Notes under the pieces: model-generated
The model's database searches: none
What the model was told of the DNA's origin: nothing
What the model saw: only the letters and a program-made list of their open reading frames with translations
Shown here: positions 17,633-27,142 of the stretch, one piece after another
Position numbering within the stretch: position 1 is the first letter of the stretch
Layout of the letters: each line of letters begins with the position of its first letter
DNA from: Candidatus Poribacteria bacterium
Lineage (GTDB): Bacteria > Poribacteria > WGA-4E > WGA-3G
DNA length: 64,000 nucleotides
NCBI GenBank assembly: GCA_965205015.1
Contig: OZ242029.1
Coordinates: forward strand, 3,968,001-4,032,000
Direction of reading: 5' to 3'
Translations under genes and position numbers: made by a program

Positions 17633-19777
17633 TTAGAAACTTGTCCTACCGACGGCCATGTTCCGTGCCCTATCTGTTACTTGAATGATAATCGTGTGCG
17701 CTCCTTCGGGGAGTTCACCTGTTTCGAGGAGGAGCTGCTCCTTTTTGGAATCAAAAATCCCATCGTCAGGGAAGATAACCTTCCAGTGTTCATCACTGTC
17801 AATCTTATAGACAGCCTTGTGGATAGGTGTGGCCATATCTGCCACGTCACAGGCAATTTTGTAGGTGCTATCACCGTTAGCAGTGACTTGGATTTCCCCG
17901 ATAGCCGGCTGTGTATTGTCCACCTCAACCGGCATACTCACCTTCTCAGCGGATTTCGCCCATCCGACTGGATTGCTGAGTTTATCGGTTGCAACGACTT
18001 TCAAGGTGTATCGTCCATCTGGGACGGTAGTGACATCCCATTCATAGGTCGCTTTGGACAATTCCTTTTTCAGGAGTCGCCAGTTGCTCTCGTCAACGGC
18101 TTTGTAGTAGAGGGTATACTGTAATGTATCGGCATTTGCGTCCTGAACCTTCCAATTCACCTTCCATTTTTTAGAAGGCGCATCGCCAGTAGTACCTGAT
18201 CCGCCGCTATCTCCGCCGCGCGCACTTGGGGGTGGTAAATTACCGCCAGAGGTGCGACGTCCTCTTTCTTGGTTTCCACTACCACTTCCATCGTCTATTT
18301 CGATACTGGTAAACCGGGGTTCAATATTAGTTTGGACGGAAGCAAGGGTAACCTTCTTCAAAACGGGCGTTTGCGCTGTGTCGCTGGTCGTGAACTTGGC
18401 ACGCCACTGAATGTACTGTCCATCGGTATTTGGAACCTGTGAGCCTTCCGCTGTTGTGAGTTCATCAGACCAATCGCTCCAAGTATCATCGGGCTTTTTC
18501 GTATTACCGGTACGGGTTGAGAAGGCAATTGCGGTTCCTTCTGCCATCTCACCTTCCCAAGAGAGTTTTCCCCATCGAGACAAACTTTTCGCGTCGTGAA
18601 CCTGAGATTCAAGGGTCCCCTCCTTAACGTAGGCGGTGGTGAGATTAAACAGTTTGCCGGGGTTCCCCGTCGCGAGGAGCGTTTTGATGCCCTCATCCCC
18701 CTTCTTCTGATGTATCGCGACGACTTGGTTTGCCGAGCATTTGCCGACTTCAACAGCGTCTCCGCTCATTGGGTTGACACGGTAGAGTTTTCCGTCATCC
18801 CCAGTGCCAGCCAGGATTTGTGCGTCACTTTCAAGGACGATCGCCAGAATAAGCGGCTCCGGCGATGCCCAAATGGGGACTGCTGTCCCGTCTGGACGAA
18901 TTTTGTAGATGTTAGACTTATTTTCCTGTGGTGCACCACCACCCGGTGGCGGTGGACCGGAGGGGGTTGGAGGTCCACTTGAACCACCACGTCGCCCTCT
19001 TGAGGGTTCAGCCGGTTGGGACGTAACCACCGCCGCATAAAGGTTGCCTTGGGTATCCATCTCAAGGGCACGAACTTCTTTTTCTTTCGCTTGGTAGATA
19101 ACTTTCGCAGTGCCATCGTCCATGATATGGTAAATAATACCGTTGTCGCTGCTGCCGGCATAGAACCCTTTTTCGTGTATCAGGAACGTCATGATATTTT
19201 TTTCTTCGGCATCAAACAGCACACTGGACTCACCCTCTGGCGTGATTTTGTAAATTTTACCATCAGTACCTGTCGCTGCATAGAGATTACCAGCATCATC
19301 AAATTTCAACGCCCACACATATTTGTCTCCTTTGTTGAGGAGGGTCGTCGGAGGCGTTGTGGCATCAGTGATTTTGTAAATCAATCCATCAGGTCCAGTG
19401 CCAGCGTAGAGGGCATTGTCGGGTCCGATAGCGAGACTGTAGATGGTGACTTCAGGTGAATTGTAATAGAGTTCGGCGGTGTCGCCATCTGCAGCAATTT
19501 TATAGATTTTCCCTTCGTTCCCGGTACCCGCATAGAGATTGCCTGATGAATCTTCTACAAGTGCCCAGACTTGGGTCTCCTTGAGTTTCGTAAAGGAATC
19601 AATTTTGGGAGATAACATCACATCTCCGGTACTCGTCAGCGAAAGGCCCTTCGGCTTCCCTGCCTCAAAATCCGCATGGTTTTCTTGTTTCCATAACGAT
19701 GTATTGACGGCGGATGCGAGGCTTGTATAAATAAAGACGGTGAAAATAAGACTCCCAAAGGAGATGACACGTCGCAT
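17633..19777 (-). CDS. Secreted beta-propeller protein with C-terminal FN3/Ig-like domains
   Basis: Signal peptide; repeated GNLYAGTG..GKIYKI blades; VPDGRYTLKVVATD..VDNT. Confidence 0.75.
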   Translation of the reverse strand: MRRVISFGSLIFTVFIYTSLASAVNTSLWKQENHADFEAGKPKGLSLTSTGDVMLSPKIDSFTKLKETQVWALVEDSSGNLYAGTGNEGKIYKIAADGDTAELYYNSPEVTIYSLAIGPDNALYAGTGPDGLIYKITDATTPPTTLLNKGDKYVWALKFDDAGNLYAATGTDGKIYKITPEGESSVLFDAEEKNIMTFLIHEKGFYAGSSDNGIIYHIMDDGTAKVIYQAKEKEVRALEMDTQGNLYAAVVTSQPAEPSRGRRGGSSGPPTPSGPPPPGGGAPQENKSNIYKIRPDGTAVPIWASPEPLILAIVLESDAQILAGTGDDGKLYRVNPMSGDAVEVGKCSANQVVAIHQKKGDEGIKTLLATGNPGKLFNLTTAYVKEGTLESQVHDAKSLSRWGKLSWEGEMAEGTAIAFSTRTGNTKKPDDTWSDWSDELTTAEGSQVPNTDGQYIQWRAKFTTSDTAQTPVLKKVTLASVQTNIEPRFTSIEIDDGSGSGNQERGRRTSGGNLPPPSARGGDSGGSGTTGDAPSKKWKVNWKVQDANADTLQYTLYYKAVDESNWRLLKKELSKATYEWDVTTVPDGRYTLKVVATDKLSNPVGWAKSAEKVSMPVEVDNTQPAIGEIQVTANGDSTYKIACDVADMATPIHKAVYKIDSDEHWKVIFPDDGIFDSKKEQLLLETGELPEGAHTIIIQVTDRARNMAVGRTSF

Positions 19778-19835
19778 TGAAAATATCCTCCTGTAAAACT
19801 ATAAAATCCGAAAACTGTTAACCAAAAACTGAAAA

Positions 19836-21719
19836 CTATTCTTCCGCGTTTCTATCCACAACAAACCGAATGATGCCGCTGCCAGAAATAACATGGTCTG
19901 TCGGTGTCTTGTCTATGTGCAACGTTGTCCCTATAGTATACCCACTATTCCCGACCTGCTGTGCAGTATTCATGACAGACATGACGGAAGGGGGCAGATG
20001 CGCAAACTCTTCCCCTCGAACGGTGAGTCCCGGTTCGGGTACAAAGAGTTCCATAATAATCTCCGAGTTATTTTCGCCGCGTTGTAACAACTCGACTAAC
20101 TGATTGATGTTTCTGTGGCGAAAGTTCAAGGGTGCCCGGTTACGCTGCCAAATTTCGTGAAAGTTTGCATTGGTCGCTAAAAGTGTAACGAGCCCCTCGG
20201 GCGCATCTTTCGGAATCGTAATCGTTCCTGTTTGCACGATAGGGGCATCCAGGTAAGGCTGCAGTGTTATTTCGACCGTAACAGTGTCCCCGGGACGATA
20301 GCGGAGTTTATCCACTTGGAGGCTCTGGATCCTGGCTGTTCGTCGTTTGTCCTCTATACTCATATCAAGCGTAACATTTTCGACGTGAACCTTTGTGTAC
20401 GAGTTGAAGGCTAACTGTGCCATTGGCATCAGGAGCGTCTGCATGACCCCAAGCCCCGGTGATCCACTCGAAGAATAGATATTCCTGTAAACTAACTCAC
20501 GCGTTTTGAGGTTAGGATGCTCCTTCAAGGTGATAGTCGTTTCTACGTTCATCGTGTGGTCATTGGAGTAAAACTCAAGGGCATCCAGAAGGAACCATGC
20601 CCCCAGTCCAGCAAAACTGGGTGAAAATCCCTTATGACGCATCACTTCGTAATACTTTTGGTGCTGTTTGCCATCGCTTGTTTTGACATTGACGTTGATA
20701 GGAATATAACTCGGATGCCTCCCGATAATGCCAGCGATTGAAGTCTCCCTATCCTGCACTAAGGTCCCGATAGGCTGCGTCGGGGCGGCTACCTTGAAGG
20801 AACGGGAACGACTCGGCATAATAAAATGCACATATCCCCCGGAAAGTGGGATGTTAACATTGCCTTCTACCGAATCCCCATGCCCATAAGCGAGCAACTC
20901 ATTTCCATCTACATAACTGATAGTCCCATAGCCAAAGAAGGAAACATCCCCTCGAAGCAACTCGGTTCCGATTATCTGACCTGCCTCAATTGGTGATTCC
21001 TTAATGGGGCTCCCGCCCCCTGCTGCCTGTACAGGTATATAGTTGAACTTGTCAAAAATTGGCTTGACAAACCGCATGAGTTCTCGATTTAGGGGCGGAA
21101 GAGAGAGGGGCATTGACAACTGGGCAGATCGCGCTCGGACAGGCGTATCGGCGAGACCTTCACGCCATATTTCATCGAACGCGCGCGGAACTTGGGCAAC
21201 CTTCCCATCACGAAGCAAGGAGGGACCCATATCCAATCCATATTCCTGCATCGCAGCCGCAGCATCGAGGTTAAAGAGTTGCGTGCCTTCATAACTCAAA
21301 TTGGGCTCCATTCCACGCTGGGCGACTTTAACCATCAGCTCAATTGGTGTCACCCCAAAGAGATTGGCATGCTCTCGCTGATTGAAATGCCCGAGTGAGA
21401 GTGCTCCTATAAGCCGTCCGTCAATGTATATTGGACTCCCACTCATGCCGCCTGCGACCCCGGTGCGTTTAAAATTGTCGCTCAGACCTTTACACCATAT
21501 CACATGCCAATCCGGGAAATAATTGGCTTCAATACTCACAACTTCACATTCAAATTTTTCCACTGTTGTTCCGAAAAATACAGTGTAGCCTTGCCCTCTC
21601 ATACCCTGTTTCACTTCGGACAACGGCATAAATTTTTCAGCATCCCACTCAATCTGCGCATAACTCTGATATGTCGCCAAGCAGCATATCACAAGCGCGC
21701 AAAGCAAAGTCTTTTTCAA
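19836..21719 (-). CDS. SpoIVB/peptidase S55 domain protein
   Basis: Signal peptide; GQGYTVFFGTTVEKF and GVAGGMSGSPIYIDGRLIGAL. Confidence 0.85.
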   Translation of the reverse strand: MKKTLLCALVICCLATYQSYAQIEWDAEKFMPLSEVKQGMRGQGYTVFFGTTVEKFECEVVSIEANYFPDWHVIWCKGLSDNFKRTGVAGGMSGSPIYIDGRLIGALSLGHFNQREHANLFGVTPIELMVKVAQRGMEPNLSYEGTQLFNLDAAAAMQEYGLDMGPSLLRDGKVAQVPRAFDEIWREGLADTPVRARSAQLSMPLSLPPLNRELMRFVKPIFDKFNYIPVQAAGGGSPIKESPIEAGQIIGTELLRGDVSFFGYGTISYVDGNELLAYGHGDSVEGNVNIPLSGGYVHFIMPSRSRSFKVAAPTQPIGTLVQDRETSIAGIIGRHPSYIPINVNVKTSDGKQHQKYYEVMRHKGFSPSFAGLGAWFLLDALEFYSNDHTMNVETTITLKEHPNLKTRELVYRNIYSSSGSPGLGVMQTLLMPMAQLAFNSYTKVHVENVTLDMSIEDKRRTARIQSLQVDKLRYRPGDTVTVEITLQPYLDAPIVQTGTITIPKDAPEGLVTLLATNANFHEIWQRNRAPLNFRHRNINQLVELLQRGENNSEIIMELFVPEPGLTVRGEEFAHLPPSVMSVMNTAQQVGNSGYTIGTTLHIDKTPTDHVISGSGIIRFVVDRNAEE

Positions 21720-21932
21720 AACGTCTACTCCTCTCTAAACCATTGAAATCTGTTTATGCTTAAGTCTATTCAAAACATGATAATGCATTATATCAAACAA
21801 CTGACGCGATGTCAACCTGAATTAAGAAAAAGTGTTAAAATCCGAAGGGGAGCAAACAACCTGATTTTCACTTGATTTTTTTTCCCATCGGTGTTATTCT
21901 AAATAAAACACTTTAGGAGTCGCACGCACAGC

Positions 21933-23477
21933 ATGCCGAATACCGCTTGCATTCTTTCAATCGACCAAGGGACAACAGGCACGACAGCCCTTCTCGTTGA
22001 TGTGCAGGGTAACATCATCGCACAAGGGTACCAAGAATTCACACAACACTATCCCCATCCGGGTTGGGTAGAACACGATCCAGAGGAAATCTGGAACGCC
22101 ACTTTACAAGCAATAGACGCACTTTTCAAAAAAGAAAACGCCCTGAATATTGTTGCTATCGGAATAGCCAACCAGCGTGAAACCACACTTGTTTGGGACA
22201 GGAAAACCGGAAAACCGATTTATCCTGCGATCGTCTGGCAGTGCCGCCGTACCGCAGATGAATGTGTGCTCCTTGAAAAACAGGGGGTTGCTGGAGAGAT
22301 AAAGGCGAAAACGGGGCTCGTAATTGATGCCTACTTTTCTGGCACAAAGGTTGCATGGATCTTAGATCACGTTAATGGTGCTCGCGAACGTGCCGAACGC
22401 GGCGAACTCGCCTTCGGAACTGTAGATACGTGGCTCCTTTGGAAATTAACGGATGGGGCAGTCCATAAAACCGATTACACAAATGCCTCGCGGACCCTGC
22501 TCTTTAATATCAATACACTCTCATGGGATGAAACCCTTCTGGAAATTTTGAACGTCCCTAAAGCGATTCTACCGGAAGTCTGTCCTTCCGCAAGCAACTT
22601 CGGCACAGCGAGTTTTTACCGGAATTTTTGGTTTGAAACCTTCGGGAAAAATATATCTCTGGATGGGATCCCAATCACTGGAATGGCGGGTGATCAGCAA
22701 GCCGCACTCTTCGGTCAATTGTGTATCAAACCCGGCATGGCGAAAAATACCTACGGGACGGGTTGTTTTCTCATGCTCAATACAGGTGCCGAAAAAGTAT
22801 CAACAAAAACTGGATTGCTGACAACACTCGCCTGTAGTTTAGACGAAACCCCCGTTTACGCAGTGGAGGGAAGTGTATTCGTTGCTGGTGCTGCCGTCCA
22901 ATGGCTTCGGGACGGTATCTCGATTATTGAGAGTGCGTCGGAAACGGAGGCAATTGCTTCCCAGATACCAGATTCGGGGGGAATCTTTGTTGTTCCAGCA
23001 TTTACCGGACTTGGCGCACCCTATTGGGATCCCGATGCCCGGGGGGCTATCCTCGGCTTAACGCGCGGGAGTACCCGTGACCAAATCGTCCGTGCCACAT
23101 TGGAATCAATTGCGTATCAATCCGCGGATGTCGTTGTCGCAATGTCGACCGACGCAGGGATGACATTGGATCAATTACGGGTTGACGGGGGTGCAGCCGC
23201 CAACAACTTCCTCATGCAGTTCCAAGCGGATATTCTGGGGATAAATGTAGAACGTCCAGCACAAATAGAATCAACGGGTTTAGGGGCTACCTACCTTGCG
23301 GGTATCACAGCCGGTGTATGGAACGACATCACAGAACTTGAGGCAAATAGAACCGAGCAAGCAAAACTTGAAGACTCCGCTTTTAGGGCTCGCGTCTTTT
23401 CACCACAAATAGACGCAACGCAACGCAACGAAAAACTCGCGCAGTGGAAGAAGGCAGTGCAACGAGTTGTGAGTTAA
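21933..23477 (+). CDS. glpK: Glycerol kinase
   Basis: IDQGTTG, NQRETT, DAYFSGTK, GDQQAALFGQ, KNTYGTGCF, GLGAPYWD. Confidence 0.96.
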   Translation: MPNTACILSIDQGTTGTTALLVDVQGNIIAQGYQEFTQHYPHPGWVEHDPEEIWNATLQAIDALFKKENALNIVAIGIANQRETTLVWDRKTGKPIYPAIVWQCRRTADECVLLEKQGVAGEIKAKTGLVIDAYFSGTKVAWILDHVNGARERAERGELAFGTVDTWLLWKLTDGAVHKTDYTNASRTLLFNINTLSWDETLLEILNVPKAILPEVCPSASNFGTASFYRNFWFETFGKNISLDGIPITGMAGDQQAALFGQLCIKPGMAKNTYGTGCFLMLNTGAEKVSTKTGLLTTLACSLDETPVYAVEGSVFVAGAAVQWLRDGISIIESASETEAIASQIPDSGGIFVVPAFTGLGAPYWDPDARGAILGLTRGSTRDQIVRATLESIAYQSADVVVAMSTDAGMTLDQLRVDGGAAANNFLMQFQADILGINVERPAQIESTGLGATYLAGITAGVWNDITELEANRTEQAKLEDSAFRARVFSPQIDATQRNEKLAQWKKAVQRVVS

Positions 23478-23478
23478 A

Positions 23479-25176
23479 ATGCGACTTCAATGGAAGTATT
23501 CCCTTGTTATTAATCTCTCTGTCATCGCAATCCTCGTGGCGTTTTACTTTTTCGACAGCATCCGTGTCCGAAATGAGATGAATGCCCTTCACGCCTTGGG
23601 GGCAGAACGGGGGGCCGAACTGCGGAAAATCGCCGAGAACACGATTCTTAATGCCGTTGAGAGAGAAATCGAAACCCTAAGGGTATTTGATGCACAGCGA
23701 TTGGATAGAGTGCTGAATGAACTGAAGCAGGAACATCCGGATATGCAAAATGTGCTGAATATCCACGTCTCCTTAAATGATACCCGGATTCGTTCGAGTC
23801 TGCTCGCCGGTGAAACGGTTGTTGACATAAATCTTGATTCAGCGGATCTTGAGCAAATTGAGACAAAAGGCGCAACGATACACGCTGTTGAAGGACGGAA
23901 TGCGACGGCTATTGTTATTAAATACACCGCCGTTTTGACCGGACCAAAGTCGATTGCGTTGGAGCCGCGCGATTTCGCATACGAACCCATGCTCGATGAT
24001 GGGACGCTGCCGTATGAAGTCTGGTCGAAAGCCTTTGGTAAAGAGGTCTACGTACCAGACGATCCAGTGATAACTGAGGAGGAAGGTAGGCGCTGGCGAA
24101 TGACGGATCAGGAAAAGGGCGATCTTTATAATTTATGGAAGCAAGGGGAGACCCTGTGGATTCAAAAAGCACTCACCGGTTACATACAGGTACTTTTCGA
24201 TGTGCCTTATATCGGTAGGTCTATTCGATACTCATTGTTAATGCATGCCATATTGATTGTGATTGTGGGGGCGTTACTCGTAATCCTGATTGATCTCACG
24301 ACGAATCACCTAATTATGAAGCCTTTAGAGCGGATGACGCGTATTATTCAAAGCGCGGAGGATGGGGATTTATCACTTCAAGAGTCGTATTCATCGGATG
24401 AAATCGGGAGAGCCACCTACAATCTCGCAAGGATGCTGTGGCAACTCCGGGACTCTCATTCAAAACGGATTGCTGCTTTAGGACAATTTGCCGCGGGGGT
24501 GGCACACGAGATTCGGAATCCACTTAATTCGATTGGGATGACGGCGCAGCACCTAAAATCTGTTTTTTCGCAACAGAAAGTGAGCCAAGACGATATCGAA
24601 GAGGCGAAAGAACTCTTAGAGATCGTCGACCAAAAAATAACGGAACTGAAGCAGACCTCCGAGCAGTTCCTCACGTTGAATCGACCGAGAAGGTTGAATG
24701 TAGAACCGGTAGACCTCAACACGCTTGTGGAGCAAGTTTTATCTGAATTCGCGCTCATTGCTGAGGAAGCCAAAGTACAAGTCATCAGAAATTATGAGGA
24801 AAATCTACCGGAGGTCCAGTTGGATGCTGCCTTAATGCGCCAGACCCTCTTCAACTTCGTGCAAAACAGTATTCAAGCAATGCCGAAAGGGGGGAGTATC
24901 TACATCACAACCCTTGTGGAACAGATAGATCCGGAGACGAGAGAAGCGATGATTGAAATCCGAGATACCGGCATAGGCATCCCAGAAGAGATTCAGGAAC
25001 AAATTTACGATGCATACTTCACAACCAAAGACGCTACGGGCGGCATAGGACTCGGGCTTGCCGTTTCGCATCAGATTATCACAGCGCATAAAGGCAGAAT
25101 TGAAGTCCGAAGCAAAATGGGAATGGGAACCGCTTTTAAAATCAGTTTCCCGCTGAATTCGGAGAAACCGCTATGA
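23479..25176 (+). CDS. Sensor histidine kinase (2 TM, HAMP, HisKA, HATPase)
   Basis: VAHEIRNPL H-box; N, G1 (DTGIGI), F and G2 (GIGLGL) boxes. Confidence 0.93.
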   Translation: MRLQWKYSLVINLSVIAILVAFYFFDSIRVRNEMNALHALGAERGAELRKIAENTILNAVEREIETLRVFDAQRLDRVLNELKQEHPDMQNVLNIHVSLNDTRIRSSLLAGETVVDINLDSADLEQIETKGATIHAVEGRNATAIVIKYTAVLTGPKSIALEPRDFAYEPMLDDGTLPYEVWSKAFGKEVYVPDDPVITEEEGRRWRMTDQEKGDLYNLWKQGETLWIQKALTGYIQVLFDVPYIGRSIRYSLLMHAILIVIVGALLVILIDLTTNHLIMKPLERMTRIIQSAEDGDLSLQESYSSDEIGRATYNLARMLWQLRDSHSKRIAALGQFAAGVAHEIRNPLNSIGMTAQHLKSVFSQQKVSQDDIEEAKELLEIVDQKITELKQTSEQFLTLNRPRRLNVEPVDLNTLVEQVLSEFALIAEEAKVQVIRNYEENLPEVQLDAALMRQTLFNFVQNSIQAMPKGGSIYITTLVEQIDPETREAMIEIRDTGIGIPEEIQEQIYDAYFTTKDATGGIGLGLAVSHQIITAHKGRIEVRSKMGMGTAFKISFPLNSEKPL

Positions 25177-25207
25177 ATTCCCGGCTCAAATCAGGAGAAC
25201 CCAAACA

Positions 25208-26596
25208 ATGGCATCAATACTGATTGTGGACGACGACCGCGCACAATTGACAATTTTACAGCGTATTTTGAAACGCGAAGGGTACACAGTTGAAATCGTT
25301 GAAGACAGCAAAGCCGCGCTTGATAGCTTAGAAAAACAGATGTTTGACCTCGTTATCAGTGATATGTGGATGTCCTCCCGATTTGAGGGTAGAGACCTGC
25401 TTCGGGAAATAAAGCGGACCGACCCAGACCTGCCGGTGCTTATCATGACAGCGTTTGCGGAACTCAACGACGCGGTTAATCTTGTCGCGCACGAAGGCGC
25501 ATTCTATTATCTCGAGAAACCGATTCAAATTGAAGTTCTGAAACGGGAAGTGAAGCACGCGCTACAAACCCGTGGTGCACTCCGAAGCATCGAAGAAGAA
25601 ACCGATGAGGCAACACCAGAAATTCAGATTACTGAAATCGTGGGGGATAGTGAGAAAATGCAGGATCTGTTCAAAAATATGGCTCGGATTTTGCGTCGCG
25701 GCGTTACACAAGTTCTCGTCACAGGCGAAACGGGTTCTGGAAAAAGCCTTATTGCGCGTGCCCTGCACAAACACGGTCCCAGAAAAAACAAACCCTTCAT
25801 CTCGATTAACTGTGGGGCGATCCCTGAGACCCTCATTGAGAGCGAATTGTTTGGACATGAAAAGGGGGCGTTTACAGACGCATCACACCAAAAGAAAGGG
25901 CTTTTTGAAGTCGCAAACGAAGGGGTCCTCTTTCTCGATGAAATCGGGGATCTTCCGATCCAAACACAGAGTAAGCTATTGCACGTTTTAGAGGAACGTG
26001 AGATACGACGCATCGGTGGAACCCAGAACATTAAAGTAGATGTCTGTGTGATTGCTGCAACGAACAAAAATCTCGTTCAAGCCGTTCGAAACAGCACGTT
26101 TCGCGAAGACCTCTATTTTCGTTTGAATGTTATCCCACTCCACGTGCCACCGCTTCGAGAGCATCCAGAGGACATTCCGTTGCTCGTGGATTTCCTCATC
26201 CAGAAGTTCAGCAGTGAGTATGCAGAGGCACTCCCCAAAGAGGTTACACCACAGGCAATGTCTGTGCTCAGGCGATATCACTGGCCCGGCAACATCCGGC
26301 AATTAGAAAATTACCTCCGTCGTATTTTTGTACTCTCAGAAAATGAGGTGATCGATAAAGATGAATTGCCGCCGGAGATTTTAGACGCCTCGCTTCCAGC
26401 CACCGACGTTGAATTTGATATTCCTGAGGAGGGGGTTTCCCTTGACGAAATTATCAAGGAATACGTCTGCAGTGCCTTGACCAAAAGTAATGGGACACAG
26501 ATTCAAGCGGCAAAACTGTTGGGGATTTCGCGACGCAAACTTCAGCATCGGATGCAGAAATATGGTCTTCAAAGCCAAGACTTTAAAGCCGACTAA
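25208..26596 (+). CDS. sigma54-dependent response regulator (NtrC family)
   Basis: Receiver domain; GETGSGKS, GHEKGAFTDA, LFLDEIG, WPGNIRQL; C-terminal Fis HTH. Confidence 0.93.
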   Translation: MASILIVDDDRAQLTILQRILKREGYTVEIVEDSKAALDSLEKQMFDLVISDMWMSSRFEGRDLLREIKRTDPDLPVLIMTAFAELNDAVNLVAHEGAFYYLEKPIQIEVLKREVKHALQTRGALRSIEEETDEATPEIQITEIVGDSEKMQDLFKNMARILRRGVTQVLVTGETGSGKSLIARALHKHGPRKNKPFISINCGAIPETLIESELFGHEKGAFTDASHQKKGLFEVANEGVLFLDEIGDLPIQTQSKLLHVLEEREIRRIGGTQNIKVDVCVIAATNKNLVQAVRNSTFREDLYFRLNVIPLHVPPLREHPEDIPLLVDFLIQKFSSEYAEALPKEVTPQAMSVLRRYHWPGNIRQLENYLRRIFVLSENEVIDKDELPPEILDASLPATDVEFDIPEEGVSLDEIIKEYVCSALTKSNGTQIQAAKLLGISRRKLQHRMQKYGLQSQDFKAD

Positions 26597-27036
26597 TACC
26601 GCTGCATTTGTGTATCTATCTCCCGTGCCCACCGATCAATACCACCGATTAAACTCTTCACCGATTTGAAACCGAGTTGTTGCAAAAGAAACGCTGCGTC
26701 AAGGCTTCGCATGCCCCAATGACAATAAACGACGACCTCTACACCTGGGGTAATTTCGTTACAACGCCTTGGCAATTCACCGAAGGGAATCCATACAGCA
26801 CCTTCAAGATGAACCATCTGATACTCCCATTCTTCCCGAACATCCAATAAAACGAAGGGAGTGCCTCTATTCATCATGTCCTTAAGCTGATTCGGTGCAA
26901 TAGCGTACGCGTCCGTCTCTAATGGAAGGATCGCCTCTGCTACACTGGGGGCAACCTTCGGTAACTTCCGATCTCGAAAATCCCCGAGATACCGTCGCCA
27001 GATCCTTTTTATCGCTTTTTGGATATGATTAAACAT
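26593..27036 (-). CDS. Rhodanese-like domain protein
   Basis: LLDVREEWE, YCHWGMRS, LIGGIDRW. Confidence 0.88.
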   Translation of the reverse strand: MFNHIQKAIKRIWRRYLGDFRDRKLPKVAPSVAEAILPLETDAYAIAPNQLKDMMNRGTPFVLLDVREEWEYQMVHLEGAVWIPFGELPRRCNEITPGVEVVVYCHWGMRSLDAAFLLQQLGFKSVKSLIGGIDRWAREIDTQMQRY

Positions 27037-27060
27037 TTTTAATAGTTATCGGTTTTGATT

Positions 27061-27104
27061 CGCAACTCGACGCCGATACAAAACTGAAAAGCACGAGTTG
27101 CGGG
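27061..27104. repeat. CAACTCG-(CCGATACAA)-CGAGTTG stem-loop repeat
   Basis: 38/42 identical to the reverse complement of 42758-42799; related copy at 12465-12510. Confidence 0.8.
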
Positions 27105-27142
27105 TCAAGGTTCTATAGGCAGAAGTTACAGGCGTCTGTGCT

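Noticed and set aside
17474-17640. Possible mini-CRISPR from recurring GGTTAGAAAC
   Set aside because: Copies are short, unequal and irregularly spaced, recur as a dispersed palindrome at 29291, and there are no cas genes
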